Part shown: one piece after another, positions 54,490 to 64,000 of the stretch
How positions within the stretch are numbered: position 1 is the stretch's first letter
Layout of the letters: every line of letters begins with the position of its first letter
NCBI GenBank assembly: GCA_001600815.1
Contig: BCKZ01000018.1
Span: 463,974-527,973, forward strand
Length of the DNA stretch: 64,000 nt
Origin: Alloascoidea hylecoeti
Taxonomy: Eukaryota
Direction of reading: 5' to 3'
Translations under genes and position numbers: made by a program
The notes under the pieces: model-generated
Seen by the model: the letters and a program-made list of their open reading frames with translations, nothing else
Databases searched by the model: none
What the model was told of the DNA's origin: nothing

Positions 54490-56346
54490 ATGATTACGAC
54501 GAGAACATCTAGGACCCATTTTAGACCATATCTGAGATATGGCTTAAGTGTAGGGGTAGTTTCAATCGATGGTTTGATAAAGAGCTCACCGTATAAGGTT
54601 TCAAACCGATTTTTACATGACTTTTCTAAAACAGTTCCAACGCAAAAAAATACTTTATTATATAGATTAAAAGCCAACGGTTTATTTAAAGCATCTACTT
54701 ATAATATAATTGAAAAATTCGGGACAAGAAATTTTGCTACAGATACAGATGAAATTGTCAAAACAACTGATAATAATGTTAGATCTGAAACGGTTAATGA
54801 GTCTAAACTAAATTTAATTCATCATCTAAAGGATAGAGGACTGGTTGCTAGTTTAACAAGGTAAGTTAATATCATCTCTATTTCCTTATTAATATCAGAG
54901 CTTAACTAATGCGATCCTAATTTCATTTCCAATTAAAGTGAGAAACTAATTGAAGAAGTGTCTCAACGTCAATTCTCGTTATACTGTGGAGCAGATCCAA
55001 CCGCTAAATCTCTACATTTAGGAAACCTCCTTCCTTTAATGATTCTATTACATTTCTATATCCGTGGTCATAATATAATTGGTATAGTGGGAGGTGCTAC
55101 TGGAAGTGTTGGTGATCCATCTGGAAGAACAACAGAAAGAACACAAATGGATACAGATGTTAAAGACCAGAACGCAATCAAAATTAGATCACAAATGGAG
55201 GAATTTTTTAATAACGGAATGAATTATGCAGTTTCTCGAGGATTTCAAGTTGCAAAGGAGAATGCAGATACAAATGGAAAATATAAGGGTTCAGCTGTTA
55301 CAAAAAATAATTATGAGTGGTGGAAAAATATAACTATGCTTGATTTTCTGGCTAACTATGGAAAATACTTTAGAGTTAATACAATGATAGCAAGAGATAG
55401 TGTTTCTGCACGATTAAATAGTCAAGCAGGAATTGGATATCACGAATTTTCTTATCAATTGATTCAAAGTTATGATTATTGGTACCTCTATAAGAATTTT
55501 GGGGTTTCCATACAGGTTGGTGGAAATGATCAATGGGGAAATATAGTTGCAGGTATTGATCTGATTACAGGTTTAACAACCAAGAAAGATGATATTAATA
55601 ATAATAAGAAAAAAGATGTGAGGAAATTAGAACCTTATGGCTTGACTGTACCATTATTAACCACAGCATCTGGTGAAAAATTCGGAAAGAGTGCTGGGAA
55701 TGCTGTTTTCTTAAATTCTGAAATCACTAAACCATATGATTTATTTCAATATTTTATGAAAGTCAGTGATGATGATGTCGAAAAGATGTTAAAAATGTTT
55801 ACATTGCTTCCATTACCCAAAATCGAACAAATAATAACTGAACATCAAAAAGATATGGCTTTAAGAACAGCACAGCGTGTATTGGCCAAAGAGGTTACTG
55901 ATTTAGTTCATGGTGTTGGAGCCGGAGATCGAGCTGAATTGATAACCAGTATTTTGTTTCCATCGCCAGACCAGGCTTTCCCCATTGCATCTGCAGATGT
56001 AATTACTGATTCATTTGAAAAAGAAGGCATTTTAAAGAAGATCAAAAGAGAGGATATTATCGGTCAAAGATTCACAAATGTGTTAGCATTACTAAATAAT
56101 GCATCGAAAAGTAAGTTACCAAGTTAAATACATTTATTGATAGTTTTTCAGATGTACTAACATTAAATTTTAGAGGAGAGCAGAAGATTGGTTACAAGCG
56201 GCGGAATCTATGTTGGATTTGATCGCAAACAAATCATAGATGAATCCGATTCCGTTGTTGTTTCAGCAGATCACTTGATTGATAATAAACTATTCCTTTT
56301 AAGAATCGGAAAAGGTAAATATATTGTTGCCAGCGTGGAGCCATAA
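54490..56346 (+). CDS. MSY1: Mitochondrial tyrosyl-tRNA synthetase, 3 exons, about 571 aa
   Basis: Exons 54490-54860, 54939-56110 and 56174-56346. Introns GTAAGT..AACTAAT..AAG and GTAAGT..TACTAAC..TAG. LYCGADPTAKSLHLGN, GGNDQWGNI, KFGKSAGNA; exon 3 supplies the S4-like tail (RRLVTSGGIYVG...LLRIGK). Confidence 0.93.
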
Positions 56347-56441
56347 TAGAAAGATTTTTTGGTAATTGCAATGTAAATAGGAAGCAATCAGGAAGAATAC
56401 CATTAATATGAACGTTAAGCTTAAATGTACAATAATAAATG

Positions 56442-56993
56442 CTAATCAATATATCCACCTTTAGCATGTCTAAAGAACTTCATTCCAATCCAGGATAGTA
56501 AGCTCCAGATCCATAAAATAACCCATATTAGTATAAGCAAAGCAGGATAATATAGTGAAAAAGGTATGCCACTATCATCATGATGGTATACTAGGGTTTC
56601 AAAATTTTGATTAGTTGAAGATTTAGAGAAGACACGGGACCATATTCCTAGCATAGAACCCATCCCCCATATGAAAAGAGACCAAGTTGTAATTAGTATA
56701 ACATAACCCCATAACTCTATGTTATATTCTGAGTTTGGAGTTGCTATAGAAGGGACAGTTATAGTGGCAGATCTCGATTTCCTAATTGTTAGCTGTATTT
56801 CGGTCTCATCAGGAATACTAAATACTGCTTCTCTGGCAGCGAAAGGATTAATGTCATCAGTTGGAGATTCCGGTGCTGAAACTGAGATGTTTGGATTGAC
56901 AGGTTTTAAACGGGAGATGTTGCTGACAGCTCTTCGTTCAAATAGACGTGAAGTAGAGCGTTTGTGTGTTCTTAAGCGGGTTGGGTCTTCCAT
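56442..56993 (-). CDS. PIG-Y/Eri1-family membrane protein (putative GPI-GlcNAc transferase subunit) with soluble N-terminal extension, 183 aa
   Basis: Two hydrophobic segments, WGYVILITTWSLFIWGMGS and YYPALLILIWVILWIWSLLSWIGMKFFRHA, match the fungal PIG-Y-type pattern. First ATG at 56993. Confidence 0.72.
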   Translation of the reverse strand: MEDPTRLRTHKRSTSRLFERRAVSNISRLKPVNPNISVSAPESPTDDINPFAAREAVFSIPDETEIQLTIRKSRSATITVPSIATPNSEYNIELWGYVILITTWSLFIWGMGSMLGIWSRVFSKSSTNQNFETLVYHHDDSGIPFSLYYPALLILIWVILWIWSLLSWIGMKFFRHAKGGYID

Positions 56994-57685
56994 GTAGTTC
57001 AAAATTCAATTGCAAACAAAGATGCTAACGGAAATAAGAACAGCAAACATCCATACACCTTCATCCGTCTATGCGGCGCCCAAGGTGGAGTATAATGCAT
57101 AGATGCATACGCTCAGCTTATAATCAGCAATGAAGCCAGGTGCAGGGCCAAGTGACCTTAAATTTGGATGTTCCAATTGCAATTGTATTAGAAGTATCGA
57201 TTTGTTGGAGGGCCTTATAGATACCTAGTTTTTGAAGGCTAATAGTAGTTTCTATAATGAGTTTCTATAATGATAGTATGCCCATAGCAGTTGATAATAT
57301 TTTCTATATAAACACTCAAAACCTGCGAGTAATTATACTTAATAATATTCATAATTATGCAATATGCAAGACCCAGCCGCTCGTATATAGAAAATATATA
57401 CGATCAGTCCATTTAATTTCGCCCACCTTTTGAAGTGGAATGATTGTATAATATAATATAATATATATCAATATTAATTGGTTAAATTTAATTTGTAGTA
57501 AACGAGTTAATTTAAGCAGTAGTTGCAGATTATACACATATATGCACTTCTTATAATTGTGAATCAATTTGTGATTACGTTTTCCTTAATTTCGCCGTGA
57601 ACCAAAATTTTTTATAGCTACCGGTACTATGGATAACAAAGGCTCAATGTTTATATTATAGCGGATATGGATATTAATTTTTAGT

Positions 57686-57782
57686 TGACTGCCAATTCAA
57701 TGTTTTGGTAATCAGTTACTTAGTAAAAATAAAAATCACTTTGATGAATGGATTACCAAAACATCAAGTGCATCGCCAGTCA
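57686..57782. repeat. Fold-back inverted repeat of about 97 bp with a perfect 14-bp core (MITE-like or RNA hairpin)
   Basis: ATGTTTTGGTAATC (57700-57713) / GATTACCAAAACAT (57751-57764), plus outer TGACTG (57686) / CAGTCA (57777). Confidence 0.75.
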
Positions 57783-58321
57783 GTAAAAGTGATGTAATTA
57801 TTCTAATTCACAAAACTACCGAAATATTATTATCCATATTTCCGATAATTTATCAGACAGGTGGCGAAACCTGTAACATATATGCGATTAAAATCTTATA
57901 ATTATTCAATGAAAATACTCGTACGGACACTTCTGTTACAAGACGATAATTAATCATCGCTATACAGATAGTCTGTCTCCACCGTAGTGAAGGATCTTAA
58001 TTAAGCTTAATTATCTAGCAGAAATTAACCGGAAATATTGTATTATATTTTCTGTGTAAATAACAATCAACGGACAGCCGGCTTCTGGGGTGGTGATGAG
58101 CCCAAAACAGCAAGTGGGGTTGATGCTAAGATGCATATGTATACTTAAGATCCAGCCCAACCAACTGTTCTGTAGCTGCAGTTGTAGTAATTTTGTCTTC
58201 CAAGGGATATGTCCAAGTACCTCTACTGAATGGGTAAGGCTTCTAAAATTCCATTATAAATACTCAACAATACCCCGGCCCCTTTGTATTGAAATATAAA
58301 AATATCGTCTCAGAATTGAAA

Positions 58322-59146
58322 ATGAGTCAAAATATCGATCTTGAAAGACAATCATCTGGTACCGAAAGTGACAAACATCACTCTGATCACAATGATAACG
58401 TTCCTCTTTCTCAGATAAAAACATCGGGCCCAAACAATGAATATGTCCACATCGCGGGGGAAAAATTTCATAGGGATCAATTCGTTGAAGCTTTCGCCGG
58501 TACTTTAGTCCCTGGACACCAAAAGGCACCTGCTTATGAATTCGCAAACTCTGTTCCACTTGGGTTATTCTCTCATTCTGTTTCTGTCACTACTCTATGT
58601 CTCATTAATATTCAGGCGAGAAGTGTTACCACCCCAAATATTGTTGTTGGTTTAGGTTTTTTCTATGCTGGAGCTGTCATGTTTTCCTGTGCTATGTGGG
58701 AAATAGCAAGGAATAATTGTTTTGGTGCTACTGTTTTAGGTTCTTTTGCTGGCTTTTGGCTCTCATATGCTGCTATCTTGACACCGTCCTTTCAAATTCA
58801 AACTGCATATGCTACAACCCAGGAATTCAATAATGCTCTCGGTTTTTATCTAATGTGTTGGACATTTTTTGTGTTCTGTATATGTCTCACGACCGTGAAA
58901 TCCACTTATGTTTTTTTCGCGTTCTTTGTCTGCATTTTCATGCTGTTCTTTTTACTTACGATTGGTACTTTTATAGGGCATGTGGGTGTTACGAAAGCTT
59001 CAGCGGTGTTTGGAATAATGTCAGGATTTTTGGGATTTTATAATGCGTATGCCGGTCTAGCTGATCCTTATAATTCTTATTTTGTCATTCATCCAATTGC
59101 AATGCCAAATTCAGATAAAATATTCTTCTCTAGAAAAAAAGTTTGA
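58322..59146 (+). CDS. Gpr1/Fun34/YaaH (ATO/Ady2) family acetate/ammonia transporter, 274 aa
   Basis: SGPNNEYVHI.G.KF, EAFAGTLVPG, FANSVPLGL, QARSVTTPNIVVG, six hydrophobic helices and YNAYAG.AD..NSY. First ATG at 58322. Confidence 0.92.
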   Translation: MSQNIDLERQSSGTESDKHHSDHNDNVPLSQIKTSGPNNEYVHIAGEKFHRDQFVEAFAGTLVPGHQKAPAYEFANSVPLGLFSHSVSVTTLCLINIQARSVTTPNIVVGLGFFYAGAVMFSCAMWEIARNNCFGATVLGSFAGFWLSYAAILTPSFQIQTAYATTQEFNNALGFYLMCWTFFVFCICLTTVKSTYVFFAFFVCIFMLFFLLTIGTFIGHVGVTKASAVFGIMSGFLGFYNAYAGLADPYNSYFVIHPIAMPNSDKIFFSRKKV

Positions 59147-61024
59147 GCAAGAAGTAACTAATTTGTGAGGTATAGGGTCTCATAAAAAATATTTATCAGA
59201 AGGGTACATGCGATATATAATTTTTGGAGGTTAATGGTGGAGCTTCCATATAAAATATAATGATAATATACATAGTAATATACATAATAAAATAATGATT
59301 TTCATACGCATAACAAGTTGAAAACTAAGTATAAGACAAACATTCTTAATTGGGAATTTTAATTCATGTAATAGGGTCTATCCAGCCGTACCCACGTAAA
59401 TGAAAATGTGGGGGTTGCAGCTAGCTGGCATAAAATTCCATGAATTATTGGATTGTCGGCTTCTCGGTTATATTTATTGCTCCTGCCGAGCTTCATATTA
59501 ACAATATAATTATAAGCTGTATACACAATGTTACACATACACATTATTATCCCCGGCTAATTATATAACCTTCCCCAATCAGCTGGTCGGTGTTACTTTG
59601 TTGAGATCATCAAAAAGTTTCAGATTTTTGCCAATTGCAATCAATTATTTAATCATCTAATGTATAACCTGGATACCGGAGGAATTTCAATGAAATATTT
59701 ATAATCTAATTTGCTGATATGTTTTCGAATTGATACCGCTAATCAGTCTCAACGGCAGTGAAGGAATTTTATCCAGTCCCCAAAAACAGGAGATTGCGTT
59801 TGAAATGTACGGCTATGATCTAACTATAACATAACAATAAATATGGTGGGTCCCACTGAAAATGAACAACATTTTTCTCGCACGAAATTTTGATCTTCCT
59901 AAGTTTGTGTGCAGCCGTACATACTACTAGATGAGGAAGTATCACATTATACATACGCATGCACTTATCTAGATGAAGTATATGTTGCGGTTTTGCATAA
60001 AACTTGACACTTTTTTTTAACTATTTGTACAGTTATTAGATTAGATCAAAAAGCTTGCTGGGAAAGTGCAAAAATTAATTTGAAACGGCAGAAAATATAT
60101 TAGCCATTTATCTTCCTTCTGTAGTCTTTAATACATAATAAATTTGATTTTGGTGGTGTGTGCATAGTCACATTTTCCGTGAGGGGTGTTGAAATTTTAT
60201 TGATTTTCCTAAAGGTTGTTCATTTCAGTGGGGCCGTTGGAGTGCACCACGGTATATTATAGTAGTTGTACTACACACATTTTTTATATTTTTATTCAGA
60301 TCTCATCCTTAAGGGAAACAAAACCAAGCATGTGACCTACACCAGTGTCTATAATATTATAGCTAAGAATTGTAATATTAATCACTTTGTTACAACTCTA
60401 GGTCTGGTATGTAGCTAGATATTGATGTTTTGTTTCACTTCACTCTACACGCATCTTGTTTTATACTAAAATATGGCGGAGATTAAAGATTATTGCTACA
60501 TAATTATAAGTTTGGAATAGTTAAATCTCTATCAGTGAATATCTTTTATTGAATTAAGCTATAAATATAAGCTTTTAGAATCAATTATCACGAATAATTC
60601 GACTAACTGGTTCGTATAGAATATTAGTCTTTTCATTTAAAATTTGAATAGTCATCAAATACACTATACTTATCCCTATACTATATGCCTGGTACATAAC
60701 GTATAGGGCTATACACCAATCACCACAATCTTCAACAATATAAATGGAATACACTATATATTAAATTATTATGATGAATAGTATTATATTATGTAAGGTA
60801 TATGCATATGCAATGTTGTAAACTTATAATTAAGAACACACTTAAATATCAAATGTGGTACAAAAAATCAAAGTTCTAAATTATAAAATATAACTTTAAT
60901 TCCAAAAAGGGGAATAAATAATATAAAAGGGAGAGGAGGAAGAATGAAAAAAATTGAAAAATGATTGAAGAAAAAAAAAATTCACTCAATATATAATTGA
61001 TTTGAAACCATACAAAAGTATAAC

Positions 61025-63802
61025 TTACAATGTATCATTTAACCATTGTAAGATTTCATTTGAAGTTTTCATAATCACCAATCTTGGTGCAATATATGCT
61101 TTAGCTTGTTCAATCATATTCTCATTAATTGGCATTTTAAGTGATTCTCTAAAGGTAGTTAAATGATTATCTGATAATATGGCGGTCATTGCAATAAAAC
61201 TTATATCTTGTACAGCTGCCATTCCATTGTTGTTCGGGGTAGTAAGATTCATTTGAGATCCATGATATGCTTTGTTATATAATTTTTCATAATTAGCTAC
61301 AAACCATTCCCATAAACCATTTGATCCAACAGCTCTGAATTGCATTCCAACACAACAAATTTCAATATGAGGATGCTTGTTTAAATTTTCCATTACAAAA
61401 TGTAAAGTTTTTTGGACTAACAATGGAGTTTGAACATATCCAAGTGCTGTCATTGCAGCATTATAAATACGCTCATCTCCAGTAACGTTTGTTCGAGCAA
61501 GTTGTTGCATATGTTTCCACTCTTTCTTTTTACCATTGTAAACAATAGCTGCGAATACTTGCTTTAATAGAGACAATGGAATTGCATATTTATTACCTTC
61601 ACTGAAAGCTTTGTAAAGTTTTGTTGCAAACTCTGATACAAACTCTGTATCCATGCCAGTTGATACTAACATTATTTTCAACTTTGTTTCAATAGGATCA
61701 ATATTCTTGCGTCGAGTCTCATCAGATAAAGCCTCAACCGACCAATCATATGACTTCAACATTGGGTCAATCAAGTTATGTTTCCACTGTCTAAATTTTG
61801 TAGTCACTTCTTCAGATTCAAAAATTAGAGCATTTTCCAAGTTTTGAATGTAAGCAAGCAAATAACACCATATTGACTTATCCATTGTATCTTTAATTGT
61901 TTCAATAAGGCTCATGAATCCTAATGTATCTCCATAAGCTGTACCTAAGAATTTCCCCGCTTCATTAATAACACCTATAATATCCAATACTGAGATTTCA
62001 CCTTTATTAAAAGATTTACCAATATTAATCAATGTTTCTGTATTATAATGAACTCTATAAAACCCAGTTTGATTTAAATTAAGTTTAATAAAATCTTCAC
62101 GCCTTATAGGTAATTCAATAGTTCTATCAAAAAATACTTGACGTTTAACACCTTTACTTTTTGTTTTAAAAGTTAAAGGAATTGCATAAATCTCATCATC
62201 TTCATCTTTAATATGATCTTCATGACCAGTAATAAAACGATGTTGTGTTAAAACTAATTTATCATCAAATTGTTCAACATTAATAACTGGGAATCCTGGT
62301 TTTGAAGCCCAAGATCTCATAAAAGTTTTTGTAATTGTATTTGAAGTTTGATCAATAATATTCCATAAATCAATTGGTTTTGCAGATTTATATCTAAATC
62401 TATTTAAATAATTTGTTATACCTTTAAAGAATTTTTGAGGATGTTCTTCATATGGATCAGCTTCAATATAACTAGAAACCATTCTTAATAAACAAATCCC
62501 TTTTCTATATGTAACTGCATTAAAAAGAGCTGGATTTCCTTCATTTGTGTTTAAGACGTTTTCAGATTGTATTGGTGAAGAATCAATACTAGCATCTGCT
62601 ACAAAGGCGGCTTCCATATCTTCCATAAAAGCTACCCAAGGATCTTTACCAGATGGAAGAGTTTGTTTAGGCTTTAAATTTTTCTCTTCAATTATTTTAA
62701 TTAAATAATTTGTGATAAAAGTTGATAATGATTCATTTAACCAAATTGAGTCCCACCAGTCAAAAGACACAAGATTACCAATCCATTGATGTACCATCTC
62801 ATGTGAAATAATTTGCTTGATAGATAATTTGGTTGCTAAATCAGGTTCTTGATTTTTAATAGTTAATAAAGAACCATATTTAACAGTGATTAATCCCCAT
62901 GTTTCAACAGCTCCATCATCAAGAAACATTGAGGCGACAATATCCAATTTTTGAAGAGGGTATCTAAGACCAAGTGTTTTTTCCATTGGTTCAAAAAGTT
63001 CAACAGCGGCTTCAAGTGCAACTGTACCACTAGTATCAGTCCCTTTTGGTCTATAAAGACGTATTGGAACTCTTGTATTTTTTGATTCTTCAAGATCAAA
63101 ATCACCAATTACAAAACCAAAAACATTAGTTGACATGATTGGAGTTGTATTAAAAGTAGTTCTTTTCATTGTTAAGCCTTTATTAACTAAATTATTTTCA
63201 TTTTGAATTATTTCTTCATTTTTAATTGTCATAACACTTAGTACGGTATGTTTTGAAGAAGTTGTTATAGAAATATCAAATTTAGCCTTAGCAGATGGCT
63301 CATCTATGCATGGAAATACAGTTCTTGCAAGGCATGGCTGCATATGAGTAGTCAAAACATAGCACAGCTCTCCGTCATTGGCACAAGTATAACTCGTTTT
63401 GAATAAACCAGGCGTAGGCATATTATCATTACTAACAAATGAAATTCTTGCAGTATAAGAGATTTTTAAATGTAATTGTGAATTGTAGTCAATTTTATGT
63501 TGAGGGTCTAGAGAAAGAGTAACCAATTGATTTGGTCTATCATATTTCACAGTAGCTTCAGCTTCAAAATTTGATTGAGATACGATGGCTTTTGAGATTA
63601 TCAGATCGCACGCGTGTAAAGTTATAGAGAAGCCACCCCGATGGGTACTAAGCCTAGGAATGAAGCCAAGGCGTTTTGTCAGAGAAATGTCTACTACTCC
63701 CGTGAAGGCAGACCTGGCAGGCTCAACATGAAGACAAAGCTTGTATAAAGTGGGGAGGAAAGGGCTTGTTAATGATAGTTTAGGAATAGGTTGAACTACC
63801 AT
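61025..63802 (-). CDS. TMA108: M1 aminopeptidase homologue, Tma108-like
   Basis: THMQP..AR.VFPCIDEP, GAVETWG (GAMEN position), HEMVHQWIGNLVSFD.W.SIWLNES and TYRKG. The N-terminal LSL..P..P..Y pattern resembles Tma108 more than Ape2. Confidence 0.78.
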   Translation of the reverse strand: MVVQPIPKLSLTSPFLPTLYKLCLHVEPARSAFTGVVDISLTKRLGFIPRLSTHRGGFSITLHACDLIISKAIVSQSNFEAEATVKYDRPNQLVTLSLDPQHKIDYNSQLHLKISYTARISFVSNDNMPTPGLFKTSYTCANDGELCYVLTTHMQPCLARTVFPCIDEPSAKAKFDISITTSSKHTVLSVMTIKNEEIIQNENNLVNKGLTMKRTTFNTTPIMSTNVFGFVIGDFDLEESKNTRVPIRLYRPKGTDTSGTVALEAAVELFEPMEKTLGLRYPLQKLDIVASMFLDDGAVETWGLITVKYGSLLTIKNQEPDLATKLSIKQIISHEMVHQWIGNLVSFDWWDSIWLNESLSTFITNYLIKIIEEKNLKPKQTLPSGKDPWVAFMEDMEAAFVADASIDSSPIQSENVLNTNEGNPALFNAVTYRKGICLLRMVSSYIEADPYEEHPQKFFKGITNYLNRFRYKSAKPIDLWNIIDQTSNTITKTFMRSWASKPGFPVINVEQFDDKLVLTQHRFITGHEDHIKDEDDEIYAIPLTFKTKSKGVKRQVFFDRTIELPIRREDFIKLNLNQTGFYRVHYNTETLINIGKSFNKGEISVLDIIGVINEAGKFLGTAYGDTLGFMSLIETIKDTMDKSIWCYLLAYIQNLENALIFESEEVTTKFRQWKHNLIDPMLKSYDWSVEALSDETRRKNIDPIETKLKIMLVSTGMDTEFVSEFATKLYKAFSEGNKYAIPLSLLKQVFAAIVYNGKKKEWKHMQQLARTNVTGDERIYNAAMTALGYVQTPLLVQKTLHFVMENLNKHPHIEICCVGMQFRAVGSNGLWEWFVANYEKLYNKAYHGSQMNLTTPNNNGMAAVQDISFIAMTAILSDNHLTTFRESLKMPINENMIEQAKAYIAPRLVIMKTSNEILQWLNDTL

Positions 63803-64000
63803 ATTTATCTGATAGGGGAGAGAAGAAGGTAATTTTGGCGAGTCTGTTAAAGGAGCGACAGTGGTCAGAAGACGACAAAAGATGCGATAAACGAAATGTA
63901 GTAAAAGGTGGCTTGTTGTAGAACCAAAAGTTCTAATGTAGTCAATTTAATGAAAAGATAACCCAGAAAAGAAAGAAAGAAAGGTTGTATTAACCCTGGA

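Noticed and set aside
440..63802. Apparent enrichment of ribosome and translation genes (RPL4, SCP160, RQT4, EMG1, RPS3, DHR2, MSY1, TMA108)
   Set aside because: They are interspersed with unrelated genes and the category is large in yeast genomes; no evidence of a functional cluster.

Overview
This is AT-rich budding-yeast (Saccharomycotina-type) nuclear DNA. CTG falls at conserved Leu positions, which indicates the standard code. I can support 25 protein-coding genes: RPL4, ASN1/2, CHO1, SLM1-like, PFK26-like, a soluble VAP/MSP-domain protein, CUB1, a Red5/ZC3H3-type 5xCCCH protein, SCP160, RQT4, a HAL5-like kinase, RPB9, a D-2-hydroxyacid dehydrogenase, PHO84, PMP3, STD1/MTH1, EMG1, LCD1/DDC2, RPS3, a PalI/Rim9-family protein, DHR2, MSY1, a PIG-Y/Eri1-family protein, an ATO/Gpr1 transporter and TMA108. 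Six of them are split by 13 short spliceosomal introns that the ORF track misses; I reconstructed these by hand. The most notable non-routine signals are: (i) a two-hairpin structured-RNA candidate at about 24.1-24.25 kb whose pocket fits 18S U1290 (the snR83 target); (ii) a Red5/ZC3H3 orthologue, a nuclear-exosome adaptor not known in S. cerevisiae; (iii) an ~8 kb gene-free block with a decayed LINE-type reverse transcriptase motif, a possible LTR and a very AT-rich core; (iv) a ~100 bp fold-back element at 57.7 kb; (v) orphan motif arrays between convergent genes. Family calls come from recalled motifs, not from searches. I found no tRNA, rRNA or CRISPR, and I cannot establish a wholly new multi-gene system from this window alone.
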